Part shown: one piece after another, positions 48,898 to 57,626 of the stretch
How the letters are laid out: each line of letters begins with the position of its first letter
Position numbering within the stretch: position 1 is the first letter of the stretch
Source: an uncultured Coprococcus sp.
GTDB lineage: Bacteria; Bacillota; Clostridia; Lachnospirales; Lachnospiraceae
DNA length: 64,000 nucleotides
Direction: 5' to 3'
NCBI GenBank assembly: GCA_947626675.1
Contig: CANQTC010000011.1
Span: forward strand, 7,535-71,534
Translations under genes and position numbers: made by a program
Notes under the pieces: generated by a model
Database searches by the model: none
Told to the model about the DNA's origin: nothing
Seen by the model: only the letters and a program-made list of their open reading frames with translations

Positions 48898-49113
48898 TTA
48901 ATCTTTATATAATTCTTCGTCCATTCCTTCCATCAAAGTGGGAACGCTGCATGCTAAATCCCCCTTTGCGCAGTCAAGACATCCTAAAGTTTCTTCGGTC
49001 TTCTGGCCTGCTGCAACGGTTTCATCAACGGAAACATTAACGTGACCATGACCGTTACCCATCATGTTATCTAACATCGCAACAATGTCATTTACCTGAT
49101 TTTTGTCTGCCAT
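48898..49113 (-). CDS. 71-aa Cys-containing paralog of the radical-domain N-terminus
   Basis: Own GGAGG RBS and stop; 11/24 ungapped identity to the neighbouring GrcA-like N-terminus; tail [12 protein letters not shown]; no RVSGY. Confidence 0.8.
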   Translation of the reverse strand: MADKNQVNDIVAMLDNMMGNGHGHVNVSVDETVAAGQKTEETLGCLDCAKGDLACSVPTLMEGMDEELYKD

Positions 49114-49139
49114 AATAAACCTCCAAATATAATAAACAA

Positions 49140-51185
49140 TTATTTGCTTAAGTCGATATCGATATCTCCAACAAATACCTGATCTTCCTTACCAAGAGCG
49201 CCTGGAATGATAGAGAATGTATTTGAAATACCATCCTGTGCATCTCTGAAAGGAATCTTTGCTACTGATGCAAGAGAAGCTACTGCACCATGAGTATCTC
49301 TCTTGTGAAGTGGGTTTGCACCTGGAGCAAATGGAGCGCCATGCTTTCTACCACAAGGTGTATCACCTGTGTTCTTACCATATGTTACATTTGAAGTAAT
49401 TGTAAGAATAGACTGTGTAGGAACACCGTTACGGTATACATGGTTCTGTCTAAGCTTATTCATGAATGTTGTAACGATAGAAGTTGCAATCTCATCAACA
49501 CGGTCATCGTTATTACCATATTTAGGGAAGTCGCCTTCTGTTCTGTAGCTTACGATAATACCCTGCTCGTTACGTACTGGGTAAACCTTTGCATACTTGA
49601 TAGCTGATAATGAGTCAGCAACGATTGAAAGACCTGCAACACCTGTTGCGAAGTATCTCTTAACATCTCTGTCATGTAAAGCCATCTGAATTCTCTCATA
49701 TGCATACTTATCATGCATATAGTGAATGATATTCAATGCGCTTACATATACTCTTGCCTGCCATGTCATCATGTCATCGAATTTAGCCATTACATCATCA
49801 TAGTCAAGAGGGCCATCTCCTTCAACCGGACGGTACTTAGGACCTACCTGAACGCCTGTGCATTCATCAACACCACCGTTGATAGCGTAAAGAAGACATT
49901 TTGCAAGGTTTGCACGAGCTCCGAAGAACTGCATTTCCTTACCGATAACCATTGAAGATACGCAGCAAGCGATACCATAGTCATCACCATGTATTGGTCT
50001 CATCATATCATCATTTTCATACTGAATAGATGAAGACTTGATTGACATCTTAGCACAGAACTGCTTCCATCCGATAGGAAGTCTTGTTGACCAAAGAACA
50101 GTCATGTTTGGTTCTGGAGCTGTACCAAGATTGTTCAGTGTGTTCAGGAAACGGAATGAAGTCTTTGAAACTAATGTACGTCCGTCAACACCCATACCAC
50201 CAAGAGATTCTGTTACCCATACAGGGTCACCTGCAAATATCTGGTTGTACTCAGGTGTACGAGCAAACTTAACACAACGAAGTTTCATAACGAAGTGGTC
50301 AACAAATTCCTGAATCTGCTCTTCTGTAAATGTACCTGCAGCAAGGTCTCTTTCTGCATAGATATCAATAAATGTAGATGTACGGCCAAGTGACATTGCA
50401 GCACCGTTCTGCTCTTTAACTGCACCGAGGTAACCAAAGTATAACCACTGGATAGCTTCCTGTACATTTGTAGCCGGTTTGGAAATATCAAATCCGTAGA
50501 ATGAAGCCATCTTTGTTAATTCCTTAAGAGCCTTAATCTGCTCTGAGATTTCTTCTTTACCGCGAATAACATCATCGGTATATACTCTTCCGAATGATTC
50601 CTTCTGCTCAAGCTTATCCTCAATCAGTCTGTCTGTACCATAAAGAGCAACTCTTCTGTAGTCACCGATGATACGACCACGACCATATGCATCAGGAAGA
50701 CCTGTGATAATGTGGTTTGTACGACATTTTCTGATTTCAGCATCATAAACATCAAACACACCTTCGTTATGAGTCTTTCTATGCTTTGAGAAGAAATCAA
50801 CTACTTCAGGGTCCATGCTGTATCCGTTATCTTCACAGGCTTTCATAGCCATACGGAGACCGCCATATACATTCATACCTCTCTTGAAAGGAGCATCTGT
50901 CTGGAATCCGACGATTGTTTCCTTATTCTTATCAAGGTAGCCTGCACCATGTGAAGTAAGAGTTGATACAATCTTTGTATCCATATCAAGCACACCGCCT
51001 GCTTCTCTTTCCTTCTTTGTTAAGTCCATAACCTGTGCCCATAAATCTTTTGTATTCTGTGTAGGACCTGCTAAGAAGCTGTCATCACCCTCATAAGGTG
51101 TGTAGTTATTCTGAATGAAGTCACGAACATCGATAAACTTCTTCCATTTGCTGCCTGCGAAACCATTCCATGCTGTTGTTTCCAT
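49140..51185 (-). CDS. pflB: Pyruvate formate-lyase catalytic chain lacking the glycyl-radical domain
   Basis: DVRDFIQNNYTPYEGD, TGLPDAYGRGRIIGDYRR, active-site IACCVS, SILTITSNV, DGISNTFSIIP, then stop after 681 aa. Confidence 0.95.
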   Translation of the reverse strand: METTAWNGFAGSKWKKFIDVRDFIQNNYTPYEGDDSFLAGPTQNTKDLWAQVMDLTKKEREAGGVLDMDTKIVSTLTSHGAGYLDKNKETIVGFQTDAPFKRGMNVYGGLRMAMKACEDNGYSMDPEVVDFFSKHRKTHNEGVFDVYDAEIRKCRTNHIITGLPDAYGRGRIIGDYRRVALYGTDRLIEDKLEQKESFGRVYTDDVIRGKEEISEQIKALKELTKMASFYGFDISKPATNVQEAIQWLYFGYLGAVKEQNGAAMSLGRTSTFIDIYAERDLAAGTFTEEQIQEFVDHFVMKLRCVKFARTPEYNQIFAGDPVWVTESLGGMGVDGRTLVSKTSFRFLNTLNNLGTAPEPNMTVLWSTRLPIGWKQFCAKMSIKSSSIQYENDDMMRPIHGDDYGIACCVSSMVIGKEMQFFGARANLAKCLLYAINGGVDECTGVQVGPKYRPVEGDGPLDYDDVMAKFDDMMTWQARVYVSALNIIHYMHDKYAYERIQMALHDRDVKRYFATGVAGLSIVADSLSAIKYAKVYPVRNEQGIIVSYRTEGDFPKYGNNDDRVDEIATSIVTTFMNKLRQNHVYRNGVPTQSILTITSNVTYGKNTGDTPCGRKHGAPFAPGANPLHKRDTHGAVASLASVAKIPFRDAQDGISNTFSIIPGALGKEDQVFVGDIDIDLSK

Positions 51186-51283
51186 TTTTGAAAATTCCTC
51201 CTTTAAAATTAATCCTGTAATTTATATGAATAGAAAACTCTATCAAGCAAGGGGTATAAACCTCTGCTAATTACTATGCTTTC

Positions 51284-51312
51284 ATTATAATTGGATATTG
51301 TATACACGTCAA
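51284..51312 (-). promoter_or_regulatory. Sigma-A promoter of the pfl operon
   Basis: TTGACG-N17-TATAAT on the minus strand. Confidence 0.75.
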
Positions 51313-51470
51313 TTGAAAAGCAAAAAAATATTGTACTTTTTTTCATACAAAGTGTTTATTTTTCAAGGTAATATGTACATTTTGACAGTTTTTGCAAAAA
51401 AATTTCAAACGATAATGATAAGCATTTCAGTGGCTTGATGAAATATCACATCAGGATATTGTATTAGTTG

Positions 51471-51499
51471 TGGACTTTATGGGAAGTGTATATTATAAT
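51471..51499 (+). promoter_or_regulatory. Sigma-A promoter of the divergent DUF1858 gene
   Basis: TGGACT-N17-TATAAT. Confidence 0.6.
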
Positions 51500-51596
51500 A
51501 TGGTGATATCAAGGTTGTGCTGCCGGAAAGCATGTCACAATCAGTGGATAGTGTGGTAATTGCCTAAAGAATATACAGATACAGGAGGAAATAACA

Positions 51597-51809
51597 ATGG
51601 CAAAGCAAATTAGCAAAGATATGCTTATTAACGATATTATAGAGGTTGATGCAGGAAATGCGGCAATCCTTATGGCAGAGGGAATGCATTGCATAGGATG
51701 TATGGCGGCAGCGGGCGAAACGCTCGAAGAAGCAGCAGGTGTTCATGGACTTGAAGCAGATGACCTGGTTGCAAAAATCAATGAGTACCTTGCAAAGAAG
51801 GAAGCTTAA
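51597..51809 (+). CDS. DUF1858 / hybrid-cluster-associated redox disulfide domain protein
   Basis: ISKDMLI..GMHCIGC..ETLEEA..VHG. Confidence 0.85.
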   Translation: MAKQISKDMLINDIIEVDAGNAAILMAEGMHCIGCMAAAGETLEEAAGVHGLEADDLVAKINEYLAKKEA

Positions 51810-51837
51810 GGGAAATCAGTTTTATAGATGGTAAGGA

Positions 51838-52617
51838 ATGGAGACAGATATGAAAAGTGATGGAACGACTCCCCCCCGGCATGATATATATGGGTTGATA
51901 GATATAAATTGCCATATATTGCCCGGAATGGCGGATGGGCCACAGGATATGAAAGAGTCCATAGAAATGCTGAAACTGGCATATGCTGAGGGAATCAGAA
52001 CCATAGTTGCAACCCCATTATATAATGGTGATAAGACAGACATACGCTCGGATAAGCTGGATAAATTTGTAAAAGAATTAAATAAGAAGGCTTGCGAGAT
52101 TGATGAAAATCTGAAAATTTATCTTGGATGTGAGGTTGCGTATTCTGATGCTTCTCATGAGAAAATCGTCATGGGAAAACTGGAATCGATGGCTGACAGC
52201 AAATATGTTATGCTGAGGTTTGATTATCATACAGACTTTGATACAATCGCAGAGGCCATCAGGGATATCAATATGGATTCGTATATACCGATAGTGGCAG
52301 ATATTGAGTTTTATAATTGCCTTGACGGGGATATTGAAAAAGTAGAAGAGTTAATACAGCTCGGCGCTTATGTACAGATAAAAGCGTCTTCTGTAACAGG
52401 AGAGATGGGACATGATATCAGGAGTTTTGTTAAGAAGCTTCTGAAGAATCAACTGGTACATTTTGTGGCGACCGGGGCAGCCAATACAGATGATAAAGCA
52501 CCTCTTATAAAAGAGTGTGCAGAATACATAGAACGAAAATATGGGTATGAATATATGAATGAACTGTTATTTATAAACCCTAAGGCTGTAATTGAAAATG
52601 ATGATATAGATTTATAG
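51838..52617 (+). CDS. CpsB/CapC-like PHP-fold protein with degenerate metal ligands
   Basis: DINCHILPGMADG, EGIRTIVATPL, LGCE, ADIEFY, ATGAA correspond to the CpsB motifs. Confidence 0.8.
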   Translation: METDMKSDGTTPPRHDIYGLIDINCHILPGMADGPQDMKESIEMLKLAYAEGIRTIVATPLYNGDKTDIRSDKLDKFVKELNKKACEIDENLKIYLGCEVAYSDASHEKIVMGKLESMADSKYVMLRFDYHTDFDTIAEAIRDINMDSYIPIVADIEFYNCLDGDIEKVEELIQLGAYVQIKASSVTGEMGHDIRSFVKKLLKNQLVHFVATGAANTDDKAPLIKECAEYIERKYGYEYMNELLFINPKAVIENDDIDL

Positions 52618-52647
52618 TATGTGTAATGCGTGACAGGGGAGATTAGA

Positions 52648-53328
52648 ATGAGAAATTCGGATTTAAAATTAATGGTAGGAAAGAATGAAAACATACTATG
52701 GCAGGGTAAACCTGATAAGAAATGTTTTATTTTGGAAAGTATATTTAATCCAATGTTTCCGTTTGCACTGATATGGGGACTTGTGGATATGACATTGTTA
52801 AAGGGCGTCAGAGTAGCAGGTGCAGCGGATAACGGATTAGGACTGTTTATGGTGGGATTCTTTTTATTGCATATGATGCCGGTATGGATTTATCTGATTG
52901 GCGTTTTATTTTCGTTTAGAAAATATCGGAATACGGAATATATTATTACAGACAGAGGTATTTATGTTTCTGGTGGTACATTTACCTATACATATGAAAT
53001 GAAACCTTTTACAGATCTTTCACACATCAATATCCACAGGGGTATTTTTGACCAGTTTTTAGGTGTTGGTGATGTTGTATCTGTATGCAATCATACCGGT
53101 AATACTTCGGGTGGTTCACATTCACATTCATCACATGGTTTGACGATTTGCGATATTTCTGATTATCAGAGGGTGTTTTCGATGCTGAAGGATTTGCAGA
53201 CAGATATTTATGCTGATACGATGTATCCGAATGATTTAAGACCTGAGATGAACCATGGATATCGCACAAGTTATCAGAACAATCAATATCAGAGTGGAAA
53301 CGATATGCAGCAAAACAGAAGATATTAG
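52648..53328 (+). CDS. Membrane protein with bacterial PH domain
   Basis: ENILWQGKP, two TM segments, YIITDRG..GIFDQFLGVGDV. Confidence 0.7.
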   Translation: MRNSDLKLMVGKNENILWQGKPDKKCFILESIFNPMFPFALIWGLVDMTLLKGVRVAGAADNGLGLFMVGFFLLHMMPVWIYLIGVLFSFRKYRNTEYIITDRGIYVSGGTFTYTYEMKPFTDLSHINIHRGIFDQFLGVGDVVSVCNHTGNTSGGSHSHSSHGLTICDISDYQRVFSMLKDLQTDIYADTMYPNDLRPEMNHGYRTSYQNNQYQSGNDMQQNRRY

Positions 53329-53341
53329 GAAGGACAAAAAG

Positions 53342-53392
53342 ATACCGCACTAAAAGTTTTGATATCTAAAACGAATAGTGCGGTATTTTTAT
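53342..53392. terminator. Bidirectional terminator
   Basis: ATACCGCACTA/TAGTGCGGTAT with A and T flanks. Confidence 0.75.
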
Positions 53393-53406
53393 TTGTAATA
53401 AAGTAA

Positions 53407-54222
53407 TTATAAGGCAGATAAAGTCTGGATTGCATCTTCATCAATAATGATTTTGTAATGTTCATTGAAATGATAATACATCGCGTACGAAGTCTTGATG
53501 CTGGTTCCATATTCATTTAAGATACTGCATACTCTTGAAAATTCAGGCGCCGAATTGTTATCTCTCTTAATCAGAAGATAAAATTTGTTGTTGCCCGGAT
53601 TTTTATATAGTGTGTTGTAGCTGAAATAAAAACCTGCTATCTGTTTGGAAGCTTTAATAATTGTATTGATTGAGTCAAATAAAAAGACTCGGAATATTTC
53701 ATTTGTTTTGTCAGTAACCACATTTGCAGCAGTTTCTTTTGCAGCGCCTGACGGAGCTGCTGCATCAGCCTTTCCGGCAGCAAGACCTGATATTGTATTG
53801 ACAAGACCTTCAATAGCATCAAATATGGTTTCCGGTGCTGCCTGTTTTGCATTAGAAGTTTCCTGACCAAAGTCGTCATCTTCGCTCATGTAATATTCAT
53901 TTTCATCACTATCGTCCTCAATATCAATTTCATTTACTTTAGAGAAACGCGAAAAACGGGTATCAAGCTCATCAGGATCTTCTACCTTTGTGACAATCAG
54001 GATTAGGCAATCAGGTGATACAGGGATAGCCTCAATCATAAGCGGTATGTCATCTACTTCAAATCCTAATTCTATGGATGCCTGCTGCATCATTTCTTTA
54101 AAGAGCTCCTTTACTTTGGCAGTACCATAAGCGAGCTCGGAAATCTTCAATTCTTTTTCTGCCAAATCTGCTTTGTTAAGTGTACATCTTATTTGGTTTT
54201 CACTTAAACGTTCAATCTTCAA
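53407..54222 (-). CDS. mecA: ClpC adaptor protein MecA
   Basis: KIERLSENQIRCTL..DL, PLMIEAIP, C-terminal EYG..EHYKIII; TTG start with RBS. Confidence 0.88.
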   Translation of the reverse strand: MKIERLSENQIRCTLNKADLAEKELKISELAYGTAKVKELFKEMMQQASIELGFEVDDIPLMIEAIPVSPDCLILIVTKVEDPDELDTRFSRFSKVNEIDIEDDSDENEYYMSEDDDFGQETSNAKQAAPETIFDAIEGLVNTISGLAAGKADAAAPSGAAKETAANVVTDKTNEIFRVFLFDSINTIIKASKQIAGFYFSYNTLYKNPGNNKFYLLIKRDNNSAPEFSRVCSILNEYGTSIKTSYAMYYHFNEHYKIIIDEDAIQTLSAL

Positions 54223-54794
54223 TAGGATCATCCCCTTTACTTTAAAGTCTAGCATATCCATAAGATGTGTACATAGTTTAACATATTTAGTGAATAAGTA
54301 AAATAGGATATCTTATGAAAATATGGTTTTAAATTATTAAATTTTTGTGAAAGATGTATCCCATATATACAATATGTATAATACATAGCGAATGTTCTCC
54401 AATATGTATAAAAGGATAAAGCTTTTATGAAGTATTGGACAGAAGCATTGCAATCAAAAACTTGATATTATAATATCATATTTACAGGGCATCATAAGTG
54501 AAATCTTATAATTCCATAATTTCTATATCCATACATCTGTTTTTAGTCATTTTTCAGATATTTCCCATGTAGAAAAGAATTAATATAACGAAGGATGTCC
54601 TATATATATATCTTCTCTGACATATGATTAATATATTCACACAGCACCTCTGATATGACAGGAAAGATATAGAAAAAAATTTTTTGTGGAGGTGAGTGCG
54701 GTATAATTTGGTTTTGGTATATGAAGAATTGCTGATTATTTAAAAATATTTATAAAGAATGAGGCATAGAATTACACAATGGCATAAGCCGCCG

Positions 54795-54826
54795 AAGGCT
54801 GCATGGAATTTTTCATGCAGCCTTTG
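54795..54826 (+). terminator. Orphan intrinsic terminator
   Basis: AAGGCTGCATGG/TCATGCAGCCTTT. Confidence 0.7.
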
Positions 54827-54936
54827 TGCTGTTGGTGCGCCCGGTGGCACACATTTCCTGATTTTCCCTTATAAATACTTTTTGAAAATGCGGTAAAATA
54901 TGCTAAACTATTACTATAATACACAAAGGAGATGCA

Positions 54937-56109
54937 GTGACATTGCAGAAAAAGCGAAGGATAAGCAGATATTGGCTGTTTGTTATTATATTTTTGACAA
55001 TCATATTATGTTTAAACGGTATGGCGAAGTGGAAGAAATTCTGTGATTTTTATACGAATCATTTATTTGGCATCTGGTCAGAAACATATGGAAGGCTTAT
55101 GGGATTGTTTCCGTTTTCGGTTGGAGAGATTTTGATAGCTGTTGGAATAATCATCTTATTTGTTGCAGTTATCTGTGCTGTTTTGCTGATTTTTCTTAGA
55201 AAAAAAGAAGGATATAAACGATTTTGTATCAGATATTTCAAAAGTCTGCTTGTGATTCTTCTTTGTGTGATACTTGTAATGACGTTAAATTGCAGTATGC
55301 TGTATAACTGTTCAAAGCTGAAGGTTGTTTCAGAGGGGGAATTGCAGAACCGTTCACAGAATACTTTATCTTCTGAGGAAAAAATGATTTTAGTCAGAAA
55401 TTATATTGTAGAAAAGTGCAATGAATTAGCTTCGCTTGTTAATAGGGATGAAAAAGGCTATATTACATATGCGAAAGACCTTAATAAAGAACTGCCGGAA
55501 TGTCTCAGGTCATTATCAGAGGATTATTCGAGACTTGCAGGATATTATCCGAAAGCAAAACCTATGATGGCCTCATATATTATGTATCAGGCAGGTATAC
55601 TTGGAGAATATTTCCCATTTTCAATGGAAGCAAATTACAATAAATATATATCTGATTCATATAAGGCTGCTGTAATAGCACATGAACTGTCGCATTTAAA
55701 AGGATACATATATGAAGATGAAGCGAATTTCATTGCTTTTATGGCATGTATAAAAAGTGATGATTTATCCGTTCAATATTCAGGATATTTGTCGGTACTT
55801 GATTATATAGAAGGAGATGCGTATACAGCATACTGTCTGATGAACAGGTTAGATGAAGCAAATATTGAAAATTATTTTTTGTTTAGTTCGGATATTCCTG
55901 AATCAGAGCAGGTTTTATCAGATAATCTCTGTTATACCGAAGAGACATGGGAAGAGCTTGAGGAGACAGAGCCTGTGATAGACAGGGATGTAGTGGAAAG
56001 CTTTAGTAATACCTTTACAGAGTCTTATCTTGATTACTATGGAGCTGAGGCAAATTATGACGAGGTGACACTGCTGCTTTTGGAGTATTACGAAGGAATA
56101 TTATATTAA
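54937..56109 (+). CDS. DUF3810-like membrane zinc metallopeptidase-like protein
   Basis: FPFSVGE, YFPFSMEAN, HELSH..EDEANF, YSGY. Confidence 0.8.
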   Translation: MTLQKKRRISRYWLFVIIFLTIILCLNGMAKWKKFCDFYTNHLFGIWSETYGRLMGLFPFSVGEILIAVGIIILFVAVICAVLLIFLRKKEGYKRFCIRYFKSLLVILLCVILVMTLNCSMLYNCSKLKVVSEGELQNRSQNTLSSEEKMILVRNYIVEKCNELASLVNRDEKGYITYAKDLNKELPECLRSLSEDYSRLAGYYPKAKPMMASYIMYQAGILGEYFPFSMEANYNKYISDSYKAAVIAHELSHLKGYIYEDEANFIAFMACIKSDDLSVQYSGYLSVLDYIEGDAYTAYCLMNRLDEANIENYFLFSSDIPESEQVLSDNLCYTEETWEELEETEPVIDRDVVESFSNTFTESYLDYYGAEANYDEVTLLLLEYYEGILY

Positions 56110-56244
56110 CGGTATCTCCGGATGCTTGGGATAACAAAGCTGTAGAATATGCGGATAAAGTGATTTCGTTGTAGACTTAAAAACAAAATTGGTGTAATCT
56201 TATTTTTGAAAACAGCTATAGAATATGGGTATAAAGAGGTATAA

Positions 56245-56937
56245 ATGGTGGATGTTAATGACGAAAAGTTCAGGCTTAAGACAATACAAAGGGAGAAATA
56301 CAGGGCGCTGAACGAACCGCCCAGTCTTACGCTTTTAGAAGAAATAGGAAATGCAGTCAGTCATGGGATAGGTGCGGGACTTGCCATAGCAGGTTTTATA
56401 CTGTTGCTTCTAAAATCCGATACAGGACTAAAGATAATGGCAACCTGTTTTTATGGAATAAGCCTTATCACAATGTTTCTTATGAGTTGTCTGTATCATG
56501 CATATAAAGATGGCTCTGCGGTCAAGCGATTATGGCGGAGGTTTGATTATGTCTCAATATATCTGCTGATTGGCGGAACATTTGCGCCGCTGTACCTTGT
56601 GTATTGGGGAAACATACTTGGTATTGTGCTTTTTTGTGTACAATGGGGCTTGATATTGATTGGAATCACCATTATATGTGTATTTGGGCCGGGGCGGTTT
56701 CGCCCTGTTCATTATACGCTCTATTTTGTAATAGGCTGGAGCGCCATCATGTTTATTCCCGGCTGGTTTAAGCACGACAGGAATTTGATGTGGATGATAT
56801 TAATTGGAGGAATCATTTATACTGTAGGGATGATTCCGTTTGTACGCGATAAAAAAGGAGACCATTTTATATGGCATCTGTTTGTACTGGCAGGTGCAAC
56901 CTTTCACTGGTTTGCAATATATAATATGGTTTATTAG
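56245..56937 (+). CDS. Hemolysin III / PAQR family membrane protein
   Basis: EEIGNAVSHG, SCLYH, HFIWHLFV; multiple TM segments. Confidence 0.9.
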   Translation: MVDVNDEKFRLKTIQREKYRALNEPPSLTLLEEIGNAVSHGIGAGLAIAGFILLLLKSDTGLKIMATCFYGISLITMFLMSCLYHAYKDGSAVKRLWRRFDYVSIYLLIGGTFAPLYLVYWGNILGIVLFCVQWGLILIGITIICVFGPGRFRPVHYTLYFVIGWSAIMFIPGWFKHDRNLMWMILIGGIIYTVGMIPFVRDKKGDHFIWHLFVLAGATFHWFAIYNMVY

Positions 56938-56954
56938 AGACAGGCTGGTATGAT

Positions 56955-57626
56955 ATGTATAAAATATTTATTATAGAGGATGATTTTTCACTTGCAGAAG
57001 CGATGCAGAAGCAGATTACGTCATGGGGAAATGATGTCCGGCTCGTGGAAAATTTTCAAAATATTATTGCTGAATTTGCAGAATATGACCCGCATCTTGT
57101 ACTGGTGGATATTATGCTTCCGTTTTTTAATGGGTATCACTGGTGTACTGAGATAAGACGGATTTCCAATGTTCCGATTATATTTATTTCTTCGGCAGCA
57201 GATAATATGAATATTGTTATGGCGATGAATATGGGGGGAGATGACTTTATACCAAAGCCAATAGACCTCTCTGTTATGACTGCCAAAATTCAGGCGATGC
57301 TTAGGCGTACATATGATTTATCAGGAAAAATTCCTGTAATCGAACATAAAGGGGCTGTACTGAACCTGAATGATACGTCGCTGACATATAAAGATAAGCG
57401 CATAGAACTTACAAAAAATGAGTTTCGTATTTTGCAGACACTGATGGAAAATAAAGGAAAGGTGGTAAGCCGCGATACCTTGATGACAAAGCTGTGGCAG
57501 ATGGATTGTTATGTAGAGGAAAATACGCTTACCGTAAATGTAACAAGACTTCGCAAGAAGCTTGAGGCAGCGGGACTGGAAGCATTTATCACAACAAAGG
57601 TAGGGAGCGGTTATATCATTGAGTAA
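56955..57626 (+). CDS. BceR/GraR-like response regulator
   Basis: DIMLPFFNGYHWC, MNMGGDDFIPKP, NTLTVNVTRLRKKL. Confidence 0.93.
   Translation: MYKIFIIEDDFSLAEAMQKQITSWGNDVRLVENFQNIIAEFAEYDPHLVLVDIMLPFFNGYHWCTEIRRISNVPIIFISSAADNMNIVMAMNMGGDDFIPKPIDLSVMTAKIQAMLRRTYDLSGKIPVIEHKGAVLNLNDTSLTYKDKRIELTKNEFRILQTLMENKGKVVSRDTLMTKLWQMDCYVEENTLTVNVTRLRKKLEAAGLEAFITTKVGSGYIIE

Noticed and set aside
48641-51185. pflB as a frameshifted or disrupted pseudogene
   Set aside because: Both parts are intact with their own RBSs, the break is at a domain boundary, the gap holds a coherent paralogous ORF rather than IS sequence, and the promoter and pflA are intact
51186-51596. Rex or FNR/CRP site at the pfl promoter
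   Set aside because: Candidates such as TTGATGAAATATCACATCA do not fit the consensus spacing well enough
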